From: an uncultured Planctomycetota bacterium
GTDB taxonomy: Bacteria > Planctomycetota > Planctomycetia > Isosphaerales > Isosphaeraceae
Assembly (NCBI GenBank): GCA_963777705.1
Contig: CAVZRT010000002.1
Span: 270,575-334,574, forward strand
Length of the DNA stretch: 64,000 nucleotides
Reading direction: 5' to 3'
Shown piece by piece: positions 1 to 9,995 of the stretch (position 1 is the first letter of the stretch; each line of letters begins with the position of its first letter). The translations under genes were made by a program, and so were the position numbers. A model generated the notes under the pieces. It did not search any database. It had not been told where the DNA came from and was given only the letters and a program-made list of their open reading frames with translations.

Positions 1-240
1 CGCCATGGGCGATGCGCTCACGATCAAGGGCGGGCAGCACTCCCGGCCCGTCCCTCATGCCCTTCACGTCCACGACGCGGCCCTCGCGTCATTTCATGGC
101 CGCCGGCGGCGTTGATGGGCGTCGCGAGAACGCCTCACGCGTTGCTTCCTCGCAACAGGCGGCGACCGGGACCTAAGTTTCGATAGACCACCTGATGCAC
201 CCCGACGGCCTGACGACTGCTCGTTTGTGGAGGCGATCCG

Positions 241-2853
241 ATGACCCGAACTCTTCGCTGCTGCTCTCCTCCGAGGACCTTGCGACGTCCTCTCTGTGAA
301 GGCCTGGAACCGCGGATCGCCATGACGGGTGTCCTCAGCGTCTCCCCCGCGCCGGGCTCCGTCGAGACCGCGTCGGTCAGCTCGATCGACGTGACCTTCG
401 ACACCCCGATCGCCAACGACTCGATCGGCTTCGGCGACTTCGACCTCGACCTGGTGAATCCCGACGGATCGCTCACGTCGGCGCTCGATCCGGTCAACGC
501 TCCCGCCGAGTCGCAGCCCACGCCCAACGGGCCGGTCGTCTCGGTCGACCTGAGCACGACGACCCTGGCCCCCGGCACGTACGAGGTGTTCCTCGACGCG
601 GCGACGGGGCTGGCCACGTTCGACGCGGATACCCAGGCCGACGGCGACTTCATCGCCCCGGCCGACGGCAACAACCTGCTCCTCTCCGAATTCACCATCG
701 CCACGCCGGGCGTCGGCCTCAACGACGCCGTCGGGCCGTATACGGTCGGGCCGAACGTCACTTCCTTGCCCGGATCGCTGGACCTGGCCGACAATCCCTC
801 GCAGGTCGATCTCTATCGGATCACGGTCCCCGCCGGTCCCATGCAAAGCCTCGGGATCGAAGTGGACGCCGACCCCGGGACGGACGCGCTCAGCTCGGCC
901 GTCACGCTCTTCGACCAGGACGGCAATCCGATCGCCACGAACGACCAGGGGCTCGCCGCCTCTCCCCACGACGCGTACCTGTTCGAGGGCGTGAGCCCGG
1001 GGACGTACTACATCGGCGTGTCGGGCGCGGGCAACTTGCCGGGCGTATCGGGCGGCTACAACATCCAGGATGCGACCGCCGGGACCGTCGCGCAAGCGCA
1101 GCCCGGCGGCGGCTACACGCTGAATGTGGTTTGCGACCCGGCGGGCGCCCCCACCACCGTCACCGGCTTCCGGCTCGACCACGCCGACCCGCTCGATTCC
1201 ACCCCCAGCGGGTTCACCTTGCAGTTCTCCGGCCCGGTCCAGTTGGGAGTGGCCGCCGACGGATCGAACGTGAACCCGGCCTCGCAGCTTGAGGTCGTCG
1301 ACGCCAGCGGTCAGGCCTGGGACCTCGCCACCGGTGCCTACGAGGGCGGGCCGACGCAGGTTACCTACCTCCTGTCCGAGAACCTCCCCGAGGGCAGCTA
1401 CTCCATCGTGATGCCCGATCACGACGGCCTGCTGGACTTCGCCGACCGGGCCGTGTCGGCGACGGGCCTGCCCGATGGCGTCCTGGCCACGTTCACGGTC
1501 CAGAGCAACGCGACCATGCCGGGCGACGACCTGGGATGGATCCCTCCTGGAAAGGGCCAGGTCGTCTCGGCCGCGCAGGCGCTCGACCCGGGCACCGCGG
1601 CCATCTATCGCTTCACGATCGCGACCCCTGGCTATTACCAGTTCGGCGAGGTCTCCGCGGCCACGTCGGTTTCGATCTCGATCGGTCGCGACGGCCCCGG
1701 CGACCCTGTTGCCGTGTCCAGGTTCAATCCCCTCACGGGCTCCGTGCTCGCTTATCTCGATCCCGGCAGCTATCGCGTGTTCGTGGTCAACGATGGCGCC
1801 ACGACCGCGCAGGTGCAAACCACCATCCAGCTCAACGGAGGCCTCGGCGACTCGCTAGCGTCCAGCGGCCTGGGCCAGACGACCGCACTCAACCTCCGGC
1901 TTGCCACGCCCGGCGGCTCGATTAACCCCACGCCCCCGGCGACTCCGGGATCGTCCTCGTCGCCATCCGCCCCCGCGCCGCCCGTGACGGCCCTGCCAAC
2001 GAATTCGTCGCCTTCGGCCCCTCAAACTCCCGCCCCGCCTTCCGCGCCATCCAACGGCGGATCGACGGGCAGCACCGGAGGCGGGAACGCCGCTCCTGCC
2101 TCGAACGGCCATGTCTACGGCCCCGTCGTGGAAAGCCCCGGGTCGGCGGCGGTCGCCGACCCTCACGAGGGCGGCCCATCGGGAGGTTCGGGCAACGCCT
2201 TTTCCCCGCTTGCGAATTCCGCCGCAGCCTCCGCAAGCAATCAGGCCGGGCTTTTCCTGGCCATCGGCGGGAACCCGGTCGGGCGCCCCAACCCGGACGC
2301 CGACCACGTCGGGGCCATCGGGATCTCGGGCGAAGGAGGGGCAATCGCCCTCGCCGCGGCCGGTCCGGGCCTGGGCCAGGCGATCAGCGCGGGGATCGGC
2401 AGGGGCTACCAGCCCGACTTGGCGGATCGTGCCGCGAACCCGGGCTCGCCCGCCGAGCCGGACGCTCTCGCCGATGGATCCATCACCAAGGCCGGGACCG
2501 ACGCCATGACGCTCGCCCTTGCCGACGCGGGCTCGCCGCCGTCATCCGCCTCGATACCCTCGCCAATCAATGAGCGATCGGACGCGCCGGCGGTCGCCGT
2601 GACGGAGAATCCGGAGCCGAATCCGGGCGAGGCTTCCGAGGGCCCGGCGGTGGCTTCGAACCTCAACGATGAATCCGAATGGAATGGCCTTGCGAGTGCA
2701 AACCTGATCACGCCCGTGCAAGTAGGGATCGCCCTGGCGCTGGCATGGGGAGCCCACCGGGTCTTCGTCCGCATGAATCATCCCAGGCCCACGATCGTCG
2801 CAAGCATCCGACGGACCCTGCCCCTCACCACTCCGTCCCGCGCGGCGTTTTGA
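241..2853 (+). CDS. Large secreted/cell-surface hypothetical protein with PPC-like (pre-peptidase C-terminal-like) beta domains and a Pro/Ser/Thr-rich C-terminal region with a terminal hydrophobic anchor
   Basis: Uninterrupted 870-aa ORF. Repeated Y(R/I)xTV/xGxY...D..G..I motifs (YRITVPAGP...LFDQDGNPIATNDQG; YRFTIATPGYYQFGEV) typical of PPC/collagenase-type beta-sandwich domains. Low-complexity P/S/T/A-rich tail. No family assigned with certainty. Confidence 0.45.
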   Translation: MTRTLRCCSPPRTLRRPLCEGLEPRIAMTGVLSVSPAPGSVETASVSSIDVTFDTPIANDSIGFGDFDLDLVNPDGSLTSALDPVNAPAESQPTPNGPVVSVDLSTTTLAPGTYEVFLDAATGLATFDADTQADGDFIAPADGNNLLLSEFTIATPGVGLNDAVGPYTVGPNVTSLPGSLDLADNPSQVDLYRITVPAGPMQSLGIEVDADPGTDALSSAVTLFDQDGNPIATNDQGLAASPHDAYLFEGVSPGTYYIGVSGAGNLPGVSGGYNIQDATAGTVAQAQPGGGYTLNVVCDPAGAPTTVTGFRLDHADPLDSTPSGFTLQFSGPVQLGVAADGSNVNPASQLEVVDASGQAWDLATGAYEGGPTQVTYLLSENLPEGSYSIVMPDHDGLLDFADRAVSATGLPDGVLATFTVQSNATMPGDDLGWIPPGKGQVVSAAQALDPGTAAIYRFTIATPGYYQFGEVSAATSVSISIGRDGPGDPVAVSRFNPLTGSVLAYLDPGSYRVFVVNDGATTAQVQTTIQLNGGLGDSLASSGLGQTTALNLRLATPGGSINPTPPATPGSSSSPSAPAPPVTALPTNSSPSAPQTPAPPSAPSNGGSTGSTGGGNAAPASNGHVYGPVVESPGSAAVADPHEGGPSGGSGNAFSPLANSAAASASNQAGLFLAIGGNPVGRPNPDADHVGAIGISGEGGAIALAAAGPGLGQAISAGIGRGYQPDLADRAANPGSPAEPDALADGSITKAGTDAMTLALADAGSPPSSASIPSPINERSDAPAVAVTENPEPNPGEASEGPAVASNLNDESEWNGLASANLITPVQVGIALALAWGAHRVFVRMNHPRPTIVASIRRTLPLTTPSRAAF

Positions 2854-2940
2854 ATCGGCCTATGAAGATCGCGAGGCCGAGGGGATCGAACCTTTGCATC
2901 GATCCCCTCGGCCTCGCATCGATTTGTCACCGTCGCCTCG

Positions 2941-4242
2941 TTATTTCGGCTCGTCCGACGAGCTGGGCGAATCGGAAGGCGTCAAGTTGAGGCCCGGCGG
3001 CTTCAGGGCCAGCAGGATCAGAGGGCGGATGGCGAAGCCGAATTTCCCGCCGAGCCGAGGGTCGAGGATCGACGAATTGATGCCGATCAGTTCGCCGCTG
3101 CTCGCCAGATAGAGGCCGCCACCGCTGTTGCCGAAGGTGATCGACGTATCGGTCTGGATGAACGACACGTCCCGCGTCTTGTTTTCCGGGCCGACGGGGA
3201 TCTTGCGGACCTGCGAGATCGAGCCCTTGGTATGGGTCCAGCCCATGCCGAGCGGGTTGCCGACCGCGAACACATCCTGACCCGCGGACACCCCCCCCTT
3301 GGCCTGCCAGGCAACCGGCTCGATATCCTTGGGAGCCTTGGTCTTGACGATCGCCAGGTCGATCTCGCCGGGGGCACCCCAGATCACCTTGCCGTTGTTG
3401 GATTGCTTGTCATAGTAAGTCACGCGCAAGGCGGGCAGGCCTTTCAACGGGGTCTCGGCCTTCCCGTGCTGCTCGGCGAACTTCGGGTCGACGACGTGAC
3501 GATTGGTGAGGATCAGCACGTCGTCCCCGTCCCGTTGGATGACCACGCCCGAGCCCAGGCCATGCTCGTGGCGGAGCAGGACGTTGGCCTTCATCGCGCG
3601 CTTGATGGCGGGCGGCATGCCTTCCAGGTCGATCTCCTCCTGGGGCTGCTCCTCTTCCTTCGGCCGTTCGGTAGGCACTCCCGGCAGCGTGAAACCCTTC
3701 TCAGGCATCGAGTCCGCCGGCCGCGGGCCGCCCGCATTCAGGTTCGCATTCGCAACCGGCAGGGGCTCGGGCGCGGTCAGGTAGAAGTACATCCAGGCGC
3801 CCGTCACCAGGATCACGTTCATCAACGCCGAGACTTGCAGCATCCGCGTGGCCTTGGCTTGCTTCTTGATCAGCCACACGAGGCCGATGATCAGGCCGAC
3901 CGGCGCGAGGGCGAAGGCCACGAAGTATTCGGCGACCCCCGGCTCGTCGCCCGATGCCACCTTGGCCGGACCCGCCTTGGCCACCCTGGCGGCGGGCGCG
4001 AGCCGAGGGGCGGAGGCCTCGGCGGATTCTTCGAGGAACTCGCCGCAATGCTTGCACTTCTTGGCGGCGGCCAGGATCATCTCGCCGCAATAGTCGCACG
4101 ATTTCATGGCGGACGAGGGCGGGCTTGCCGACGAATGTGCCATCGCGGCCGTGGCGGGTATCTCGCCCGGCACGACGACTTCGCCGGAGCATTTCGGGCA
4201 GTTGATCCTCTTGCCCGCCGCAATCGTCGCGGGGAGTTTCAA
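2941..4242 (-). CDS. Trypsin-like (S1/HtrA-type) serine peptidase with N-terminal double zinc-ribbon and transmembrane segments
   Basis: 433-aa ORF. Two CxxC...CxxC ribbons (CPKCSGE, CDYCGE...CKHCGE), then TM helices (FVAFALAPVGLIIGLVWLI, VILVTGAWMYFYL). Catalytic-triad context NRHVV (His), DLAIVK (Asp), GNSGGGL (Ser). Confidence 0.75.
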   Translation of the reverse strand: MKLPATIAAGKRINCPKCSGEVVVPGEIPATAAMAHSSASPPSSAMKSCDYCGEMILAAAKKCKHCGEFLEESAEASAPRLAPAARVAKAGPAKVASGDEPGVAEYFVAFALAPVGLIIGLVWLIKKQAKATRMLQVSALMNVILVTGAWMYFYLTAPEPLPVANANLNAGGPRPADSMPEKGFTLPGVPTERPKEEEQPQEEIDLEGMPPAIKRAMKANVLLRHEHGLGSGVVIQRDGDDVLILTNRHVVDPKFAEQHGKAETPLKGLPALRVTYYDKQSNNGKVIWGAPGEIDLAIVKTKAPKDIEPVAWQAKGGVSAGQDVFAVGNPLGMGWTHTKGSISQVRKIPVGPENKTRDVSFIQTDTSITFGNSGGGLYLASSGELIGINSSILDPRLGGKFGFAIRPLILLALKPPGLNLTPSDSPSSSDEPK

Positions 4243-4416
4243 TCGTGCTCCGCAGGGCGCACGAGACCACGATCGGTTCCAAGGTCGGATCCTCCTAGTT
4301 TTTCACCCAGCCACACGGCGGAATCCTATTTTGAGCAATGGTTTTAAGGAATTCAAGCATGCACCCACGCCGGCCGCGCAGGATCGCACGGATTGTGGCC
4401 GGCGTGCGGGTTTTCC

Positions 4417-5007
4417 TCATCGCAGATTGCGGGCAACTTTCAAGGCAACAAGCTCCGGTGGATCCAGGTCACGCCATCGCCCCGGTTGCAGATCTCCCAG
4501 CACGATCGGCCCGACGCCAACGCGGACCAGTCGGAGCGTGGGATGCCCGACGGCGGCCGTCATGCGGCGGACCTGGCGATTCCGCCCTTCTCGGATGACC
4601 AGCTTCAACCAGCAAGTCGGCACATTCTTGCGGAACCGGATCGGGACGGAGCGTTCGGGGAAGTCGGGGGCCGGGTCGACCCATTCCGCCTCGGCCGGGA
4701 GCGTCAAGCCGTCGTTCAACCTCACTCCTCGGCGAAGCGACTCCAGGGCCTCCGCCCCGGGTATGCGTTCCACCTGGACGAGGTAGGTTTTGGGATGCTC
4801 GAACCGGGGGTCGGCCAGGCGATGCGCCAGTTGCCCGTCGTCGGTCAGCAGCAAGAGCCCTTCGCTATCTCGATCCAGCCGGCCGACCGGATAGACGCCC
4901 GGGACCTTCACGAAGTCCTTGAGCGTGGGCCGGCCGGATTCATCGGTGAACTGCGTGAGGACGTCGTAGGGCTTGTGAAACGCCAGATATCGCCGCGGTG
5001 TCGGCAT
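4417..5007 (-). CDS. rRNA pseudouridine synthase, RsuA/RluE family
   Basis: 196-aa ORF. N-terminal [14 protein letters not shown] and the catalytic [17 protein letters not shown] motif characteristic of RsuA/RluB/RluE pseudouridine synthases. Confidence 0.8.
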   Translation of the reverse strand: MPTPRRYLAFHKPYDVLTQFTDESGRPTLKDFVKVPGVYPVGRLDRDSEGLLLLTDDGQLAHRLADPRFEHPKTYLVQVERIPGAEALESLRRGVRLNDGLTLPAEAEWVDPAPDFPERSVPIRFRKNVPTCWLKLVIREGRNRQVRRMTAAVGHPTLRLVRVGVGPIVLGDLQPGRWRDLDPPELVALKVARNLR

Positions 5008-5047
5008 CGGGGGATCTCAAGATCGCGGACGAATTTCGTTCTCCGTC

Positions 5048-6484
5048 CTATTTGACGTCCCCGGGCGGCGGCGGCAAGAGGATCTTCGCGTCATCGGCAA
5101 CGATTTCGCCTTCGCGGAGCCCCTGCTTGATCTCGACCCGGGTCGAATCCTCGGCGCCCACCTCCACTTCGCGGGCCTCGAATCCGTTCTCGGGCGTCTT
5201 GACCGCGACGACGAACTTCTCGCCTCGCCGGGTCACGGCCGAGAGCGGCACGGTGATCGCGTTGTCGCTATCGGAAAGGACGATCCTCACCAACGCGCTC
5301 ATCCCCGGCCGGAGCTTTCGCGAACGCTCGTTGATCTCGACGTAAGCCGTGTAGAGCTTGACGGCATTGCCGGCGGAGGACGCATCGGGGATCGGGTTGA
5401 TCACCTTGACCACGCCGGTCATCTCCTGGCCGGGAAGGGCGTCGAAGGTGATCCTGGCCGCCTGGCCCGCCTTCAGGCGGTCGACCATCCACTCGTGGAT
5501 CTTGGCGTTCACCCGCATGGGACCGTCCAGGTCGATCACGCTGAACAGGAGCTGGCGCTCGCGGACGTTCGCACCCTCCTCGATCATGAACCCATCGCGC
5601 CGACCCGCCGCATCCTTGTCGTTCGCGTAGACGAGCATGCCATCGATCGGCGCCGTCAGCGTGCAAGCGGCGATCTGGGAGCCAATCCTGCCCATGTTCC
5701 GCTGCTCCTGTCCCAGATCCTCCCGCCTGGCTTGCTCGACCGATTTGGCCTTCATGATCGCGACCTTGAGGCCGGTCTCGACCCGTTCCCTCGTGAACCT
5801 CGTGAGGAGATCCAGCTTCCCGCGGGCCTCATCCCGCGTCGCCTTCTCGCGGAGGAGATCCAGCTCCACCTTGTCGAGGCGGTCGGTCAAGTCGAGTCCG
5901 GCGAGGACGTCGGTGGCGTGGCTGGAGGAGACATGCTCCAGGCGAGCGATGGCCGCCCTGGTCCGCTCCAGACGGGCCTCGGCCTGCTTGATGGCGGCGT
6001 CCGTGGTGGAGATCGCGTTCTCCAGCGTCTTCACCTCCAGGGGATACGCCCCCTCCGCATACACCTTGCGGGCCAGCTCGGCCGCCAGATGAGCCTCCTC
6101 CGCATCCCTGAGCGATTCCTCGGCCTTCCTGGTCGCGATCCTCTGGGACATCATGGTTTGTCGCAGGTCGGAAGCGTCCAGCTCGCAGACCTTGTCCCCC
6201 TTCTGCACGCGCGAGCCTTCCGGCACGATCGACAGGATTTTACGGGTGCCTTCCACCTCGTTGACCACGTTCAGCGTCTTGCCGGACTCGGCATGCCCCG
6301 TTCGGTGATCGTGACCCGGAACTTGCCGGCCTTGACCGTGGAAGTCGGGACATCTCGCCGGGATGACCGGCTTCGCGGTGCCGGCCTCGTCGCCCGGCTT
6401 CTGGCCGAGGACGATGCCGGCGGAAACCGTCGCCATGACCGCGATCAAGACGGTCGCCGCCTTCGCATATCGCAAGAGTGACAT
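5048..6484 (-). CDS. HlyD-family membrane fusion protein / periplasmic adaptor subunit
   Basis: Start taken at MSLLRYAKAATVLIAVMATVSAGIV (signal-anchor). Long coiled-coil segment (AEESLRDAEEAHLAAELARK...LERTRAAIARLE) and C-terminal beta-barrel/lipoyl-like HlyD segments. The six-frame ORF continues upstream to 6745 with no stop; see the sigma-factor finding. Confidence 0.65.
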   Translation of the reverse strand: MSLLRYAKAATVLIAVMATVSAGIVLGQKPGDEAGTAKPVIPARCPDFHGQGRQVPGHDHRTGHAESGKTLNVVNEVEGTRKILSIVPEGSRVQKGDKVCELDASDLRQTMMSQRIATRKAEESLRDAEEAHLAAELARKVYAEGAYPLEVKTLENAISTTDAAIKQAEARLERTRAAIARLEHVSSSHATDVLAGLDLTDRLDKVELDLLREKATRDEARGKLDLLTRFTRERVETGLKVAIMKAKSVEQARREDLGQEQRNMGRIGSQIAACTLTAPIDGMLVYANDKDAAGRRDGFMIEEGANVRERQLLFSVIDLDGPMRVNAKIHEWMVDRLKAGQAARITFDALPGQEMTGVVKVINPIPDASSAGNAVKLYTAYVEINERSRKLRPGMSALVRIVLSDSDNAITVPLSAVTRRGEKFVVAVKTPENGFEAREVEVGAEDSTRVEIKQGLREGEIVADDAKILLPPPPGDVK

Positions 6485-6654
6485 CGATTTCAAGACCTCC
6501 AGGACCAGGGTTGTGACGGAGATGTGTCCAAGGCTTCGGCCCGCCAGGAATTCGATCGCGGCGCCGGCCGTCGCGTTCACCAGGGCAGGGGGGATCATCA
6601 TTTCCACCGCCGCGGGATTCATCGCCAGGATCAACATCCCGGCCTCCGAGGAGA

Positions 6655-7260
6655 TCCCCCGGCGAGCCAGCCGATCTCGCAGGCGATCGCGCCCGCGAGC
6701 CTGCCGGCTCTTGACCGTCCCGATCGGCCATCCCAGGTGGCGCACCGCCTGCTCGTGCGTGCGGCCTTCGAGGTCGCACAGGATCAGCGGCGCCGGTAGC
6801 GATCGGGGAGCCGATGGATTTCTTCATGAAGGGCCTGTTCGCGCCCGTCGACGGTGCGATTTCGCGGTTCCACGGTTTCGGCCCTCGCGGCCTGACGTTC
6901 CAGGCGTTTGCGGCGGCTCGCGCCCGACCGGGCACATTTCGCGGTCCGATAAGCGACCTGATGGAGCCACGGCCCCAGCGAGTCGCGCACCCACAACCCG
7001 CGGGCTTTGGCCACGAGCACGAGGAACGTGGCCTGGAACGCATCCTGCGCGTCGTGCGAGTCGGCCAGGACGGACCGGCAGACGCGCAGGACCATCGGCC
7101 CATGACGTTCGACGAGCAGCGAAAACGCCATCTCGCCCGCTTCGTCCCGGCCGGTCACGAACCGCTCCAGGAGCTGCCCATCGGTCAGGTCGCCGAAGGT
7201 CCCTTCCCGGAAAAGCACCCCAAGATGGCGGGAGGCGGTGAGGTCCTTCCCGATTCTCAT
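6655..7260 (-). CDS. ECF-type RNA polymerase sigma-70 factor (apparent frameshift near 6785-6800)
   Basis: Region 2 (LLERF...MAFSLLVERHGPMVLRVCRSVL...DAQDAFQATFLVL) lies in ORF 6784..7326. Region 4 (PLILCDLEGRTHEQAVRHLGWPIGTVKSRQARGRDRLRDRL) lies in the -1 frame, continuous with ORF 5048..6745. The two are joined by a single-base shift in a GC run. Confidence 0.7.
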
Positions 7261-7569
7261 GCTGGAAAACTCCCGCGCACCTGCCGAACTCCCCAACACA
7301 ATGATAATGGCACGACCCGCCGCCATGGTTCCAGGATTCCGGGAAATCGCCGCCCAGACGAAAGATCTCGCCCGCGCAATTTGGCTTCGTTTCGTAGAAA
7401 CGCGGGCACGACACGCCGACGATCCCCCGGCGACCGCGGCCGACTTCGCTCCGGCCCGAGACTGGTGCCTCGGGTGCGGAGAGCGCCGCGGTCAAGGACA
7501 GCATCGGTCCGGTCGGCCCCGGCGATCGTACGATCCGGCGCGGGGCGGGCGGCCCATGAGCGAAGTCGC

Positions 7570-9285
7570 TTACGCGACGCTTTCGGCCCTGGGGCTGGCC
7601 GATCGGGCCTGGGGTTCCCTCGTCTCAAGCTCCCAGGTCCCGTCGTCGTGGAGGTCCAGGATCATGTCGTGAAATTCGCGCAATTCCTGGTGGTCCTCGA
7701 TGCTGATGTAGGTGATCGAGGTTTCCGCCAGCACCTGATAGATCTGCTTCGACCCCTCGGCGCCGATGGCATTGGTCGCGCCATGGAGGAAGGCGAAGGG
7801 CGGGTCGGCGACGAGCAGGCCGGCGATGGCCACTCGCTCCTGATCCCCGAGCGGGAGCATGTTCGACCAGTCGCGCTCGGTGTCCAGGCCGTCCACGTCG
7901 GCCATGACCTTGGAGAGCTGGACCTTGTCGATGGCGGCGAGGATCTCGCGGTCGGTGGCGTCGCAATGGCGGCAGGCCACGACGATGGCCTCGCGGAGCG
8001 TCCCGGCCGGCGAGAAGGGCTGCTGGGTGAGGAAATGGAGGTCGTCGCGGTTCGGCCTCGCGATCTTCCCGCTCCCGTCGGGCCACAGGCCGGCCGTCGC
8101 CTTGAAGATCGCATCCTTGCCCGCCCCATTGGTCCCGCGAATCAGCAGGCGACGGCCGCGCGGCACTTCCAGGGTGAGGTCGTTGATGAGGACGTGGCCG
8201 TCGGCGGCCTTGAGCGTGAGCGATTCGAACGCGATTCGAGAATCGTCCTCGACCAGCGTGATCGACGTCTTCAACCCGTCCGAATTCCCTTCGATCGCCT
8301 CCCAGAACGAGCCGAGGCGGGCGATCACGGCGGCGAACGCCGAGAGCGAGTCGATCTGCGTGACGATCAAGGTCAAGGCGCCCGTGACCGCCGCGAACGC
8401 CCCGGCCGCCTGCGTGACCACGCCCCATTCGACCTTTCCCATGAGGAACAGGGGGGAAACGATAAGGATGGGGACGATTGGCGTCATGTAATTGTAGAAA
8501 GAAACAAAGAATCCGATGTTCCGATCCACGCTCACGATGGCCTTGAAATTCCTCGCCAGCTCGCGAAGTCGATTGCTCAACCTCGCCTCTTCGCGGGACT
8601 CCAGGCCCGCCAGGGCCACGGTATATGCCCGCTCCCGCACGGTGATCAGCTCGTAGCGGAAGTCCGCCTCCTTGCGGAACTGGTCGTTGTTCAGCTTCAC
8701 CAGCCGACGGCCCAGGATCAGCGTGATCACGCACCCGAGCGCCGAATATCCCAGCGCCGACAGCGCGAGCCAGGGCGAGATGGACCAGAGCACGCCTGCG
8801 AACGTGAGGAATGCCAGCGTCGAATTCAGGACCATGAGCGCCACCGACAGCAAGGTGGTGGTGAACGTCTTGACGTCCTCGGCGATGCGCTGGTCCGGGT
8901 TGTCGATCTCGCTCTGCGATTTCAGGCGATAATACGTCTGGTTGGCCAGATAGTTCTTGAAGAGGTACGCGGTCAGCCACCGCCGCCAGAGCAGGCCGAG
9001 GCACTGCTCGGTGAAGCGATAGAACACCCCGACCACGGTGGACGCCGCGAACACGCCCAGGTACAGAAAGGCATTGAGGATAAAGGTATGACGAGCCCGA
9101 TGCTCGAGCGCCGTCATGAAGTCGCGGCCCACGTAGCTATTCACCACGTTCAGCCCGCTAACGCCCAGCGCCAGCGAGAGCAAGAGGCCGAGATAGCCCC
9201 AAGCCTTCCACCGCATGTCGGACTGGAAAATCGGCCGGCTGATCGTGAGGGCACGAGACCAGGTACTTTGAGATTTCGCGGGCAT
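7570..9285 (-). CDS. ABC transporter permease/ATP-binding fusion protein (ABCD/SbmA-like half-transporter) with a degenerate nucleotide-binding site
   Basis: 571-aa intact ORF. N-terminal 6-TM domain. Walker A GTNGAGKD, signature LPLGDQER (instead of LSGGE/QQR), Walker B FAFLHGATNAI (D-E replaced by H-G), H-loop position EDH. Confidence 0.8.
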   Translation of the reverse strand: MPAKSQSTWSRALTISRPIFQSDMRWKAWGYLGLLLSLALGVSGLNVVNSYVGRDFMTALEHRARHTFILNAFLYLGVFAASTVVGVFYRFTEQCLGLLWRRWLTAYLFKNYLANQTYYRLKSQSEIDNPDQRIAEDVKTFTTTLLSVALMVLNSTLAFLTFAGVLWSISPWLALSALGYSALGCVITLILGRRLVKLNNDQFRKEADFRYELITVRERAYTVALAGLESREEARLSNRLRELARNFKAIVSVDRNIGFFVSFYNYMTPIVPILIVSPLFLMGKVEWGVVTQAAGAFAAVTGALTLIVTQIDSLSAFAAVIARLGSFWEAIEGNSDGLKTSITLVEDDSRIAFESLTLKAADGHVLINDLTLEVPRGRRLLIRGTNGAGKDAIFKATAGLWPDGSGKIARPNRDDLHFLTQQPFSPAGTLREAIVVACRHCDATDREILAAIDKVQLSKVMADVDGLDTERDWSNMLPLGDQERVAIAGLLVADPPFAFLHGATNAIGAEGSKQIYQVLAETSITYISIEDHQELREFHDMILDLHDDGTWELETREPQARSASPRAESVA

Positions 9286-9995
9286 AGGGCCTCAAGACGC
9301 GAATTTCCGACGGAAGGAAAGGACGAACCTAGGCGAAAAGGCGACTTAAGCCAGGTGAGAAATCCGGTGGCGACTGCACAATCGGCGTCAAAATACTTCG
9401 CCAGGATCGCAGTTCCCTGTGGCCTTCCCGGTTTTTCCTGCCAGGCTAACCAGGTGTGAATCAGGGCTTTCTGGCCATAACCCGGGGGAAACCTGCGATC
9501 GATAACAACGACTTCCGCGACCGTCTGCTTCGCCTTGTCGATGAGCCGATCTCCCGGTCGGATCATCTGCTCGACAAAATCTTCCAGCATCCCGACAGAC
9601 GAATTGTCGGGCCAGATCCAGATCCCGATCCTCGGTAGATCGGCGTCGTCGATGATCGTCCCGTCGGAATCGGGGATCGCCGGGGTGGAGGCATAGCCTG
9701 CATTACGCAGGATGTCAGCAATGCTATGCCACCGGGCTGGTGGATCCTCGTCGGCATCGACGACGACTCCGAGCCGATCGTAATCTTGCACCTTCAGGAG
9801 CGTGGGGAGGCTCTTCAGGAGGGCTTCTATGCCATGAATCGCCTTACCCTCAGGGTCATATTCTTCAACGCGGAATATGGGCTCTCGAAGATTCTTGGCG
9901 TTCATCCTACAGGCAACATCACGAATTGTCGCAAGCTGGCAAATTACCGCGAGGTCGTCTTTACCCTCGACATAGAGCTTGAACTTCTCGGCCAT
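9150..9995 (-). CDS. TOPRIM-like / DUF4435-like protein (AriB-/OLD-C-terminal-like), partner of the upstream ATPase
   Basis: ATG overlaps the ATPase stop (ATGA). N-terminal LYVEGKDD (TOPRIM Glu) and VVVDADED (DxD) motifs. The gene lies in a low-GC island. The ORF as drawn runs into the GC-rich start of the ABC transporter gene, so the true stop is probably near 9300-9400. Confidence 0.5.
   Translation of the reverse strand: MAEKFKLYVEGKDDLAVICQLATIRDVACRMNAKNLREPIFRVEEYDPEGKAIHGIEALLKSLPTLLKVQDYDRLGVVVDADEDPPARWHSIADILRNAGYASTPAIPDSDGTIIDDADLPRIGIWIWPDNSSVGMLEDFVEQMIRPGDRLIDKAKQTVAEVVVIDRRFPPGYGQKALIHTWLAWQEKPGRPQGTAILAKYFDADCAVATGFLTWLKSPFRLGSSFPSVGNSRLEALCPRNLKVPGLVPSRSAGRFSSPTCGGRLGAISASCSRWRWALAG

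Noticed and set aside
94-1818. 574-aa minus-strand ORF, and similar long GC-rich ORFs (6814..9459 +, 17585..19552 +, 20132..21988 +, 29964..31670 -, 30650..33175 +, 36013..37815 -, 46283..48295 +, 46419..47651 -)
   Set aside because: Arg/Gly/Pro/Asp-rich low-complexity translations lying antisense to, or out of frame with, well-supported genes. These are typical stop-poor shadow ORFs of a 70% GC genome.
9150-9300. C-terminal about 50 aa of the TOPRIM-like ORF overlapping the ABC transporter start
   Set aside because: GC content and composition switch abruptly to that of the downstream ABC gene. The extension is probably due to a lost stop or indel, so the true gene end is likely near 9300-9400.
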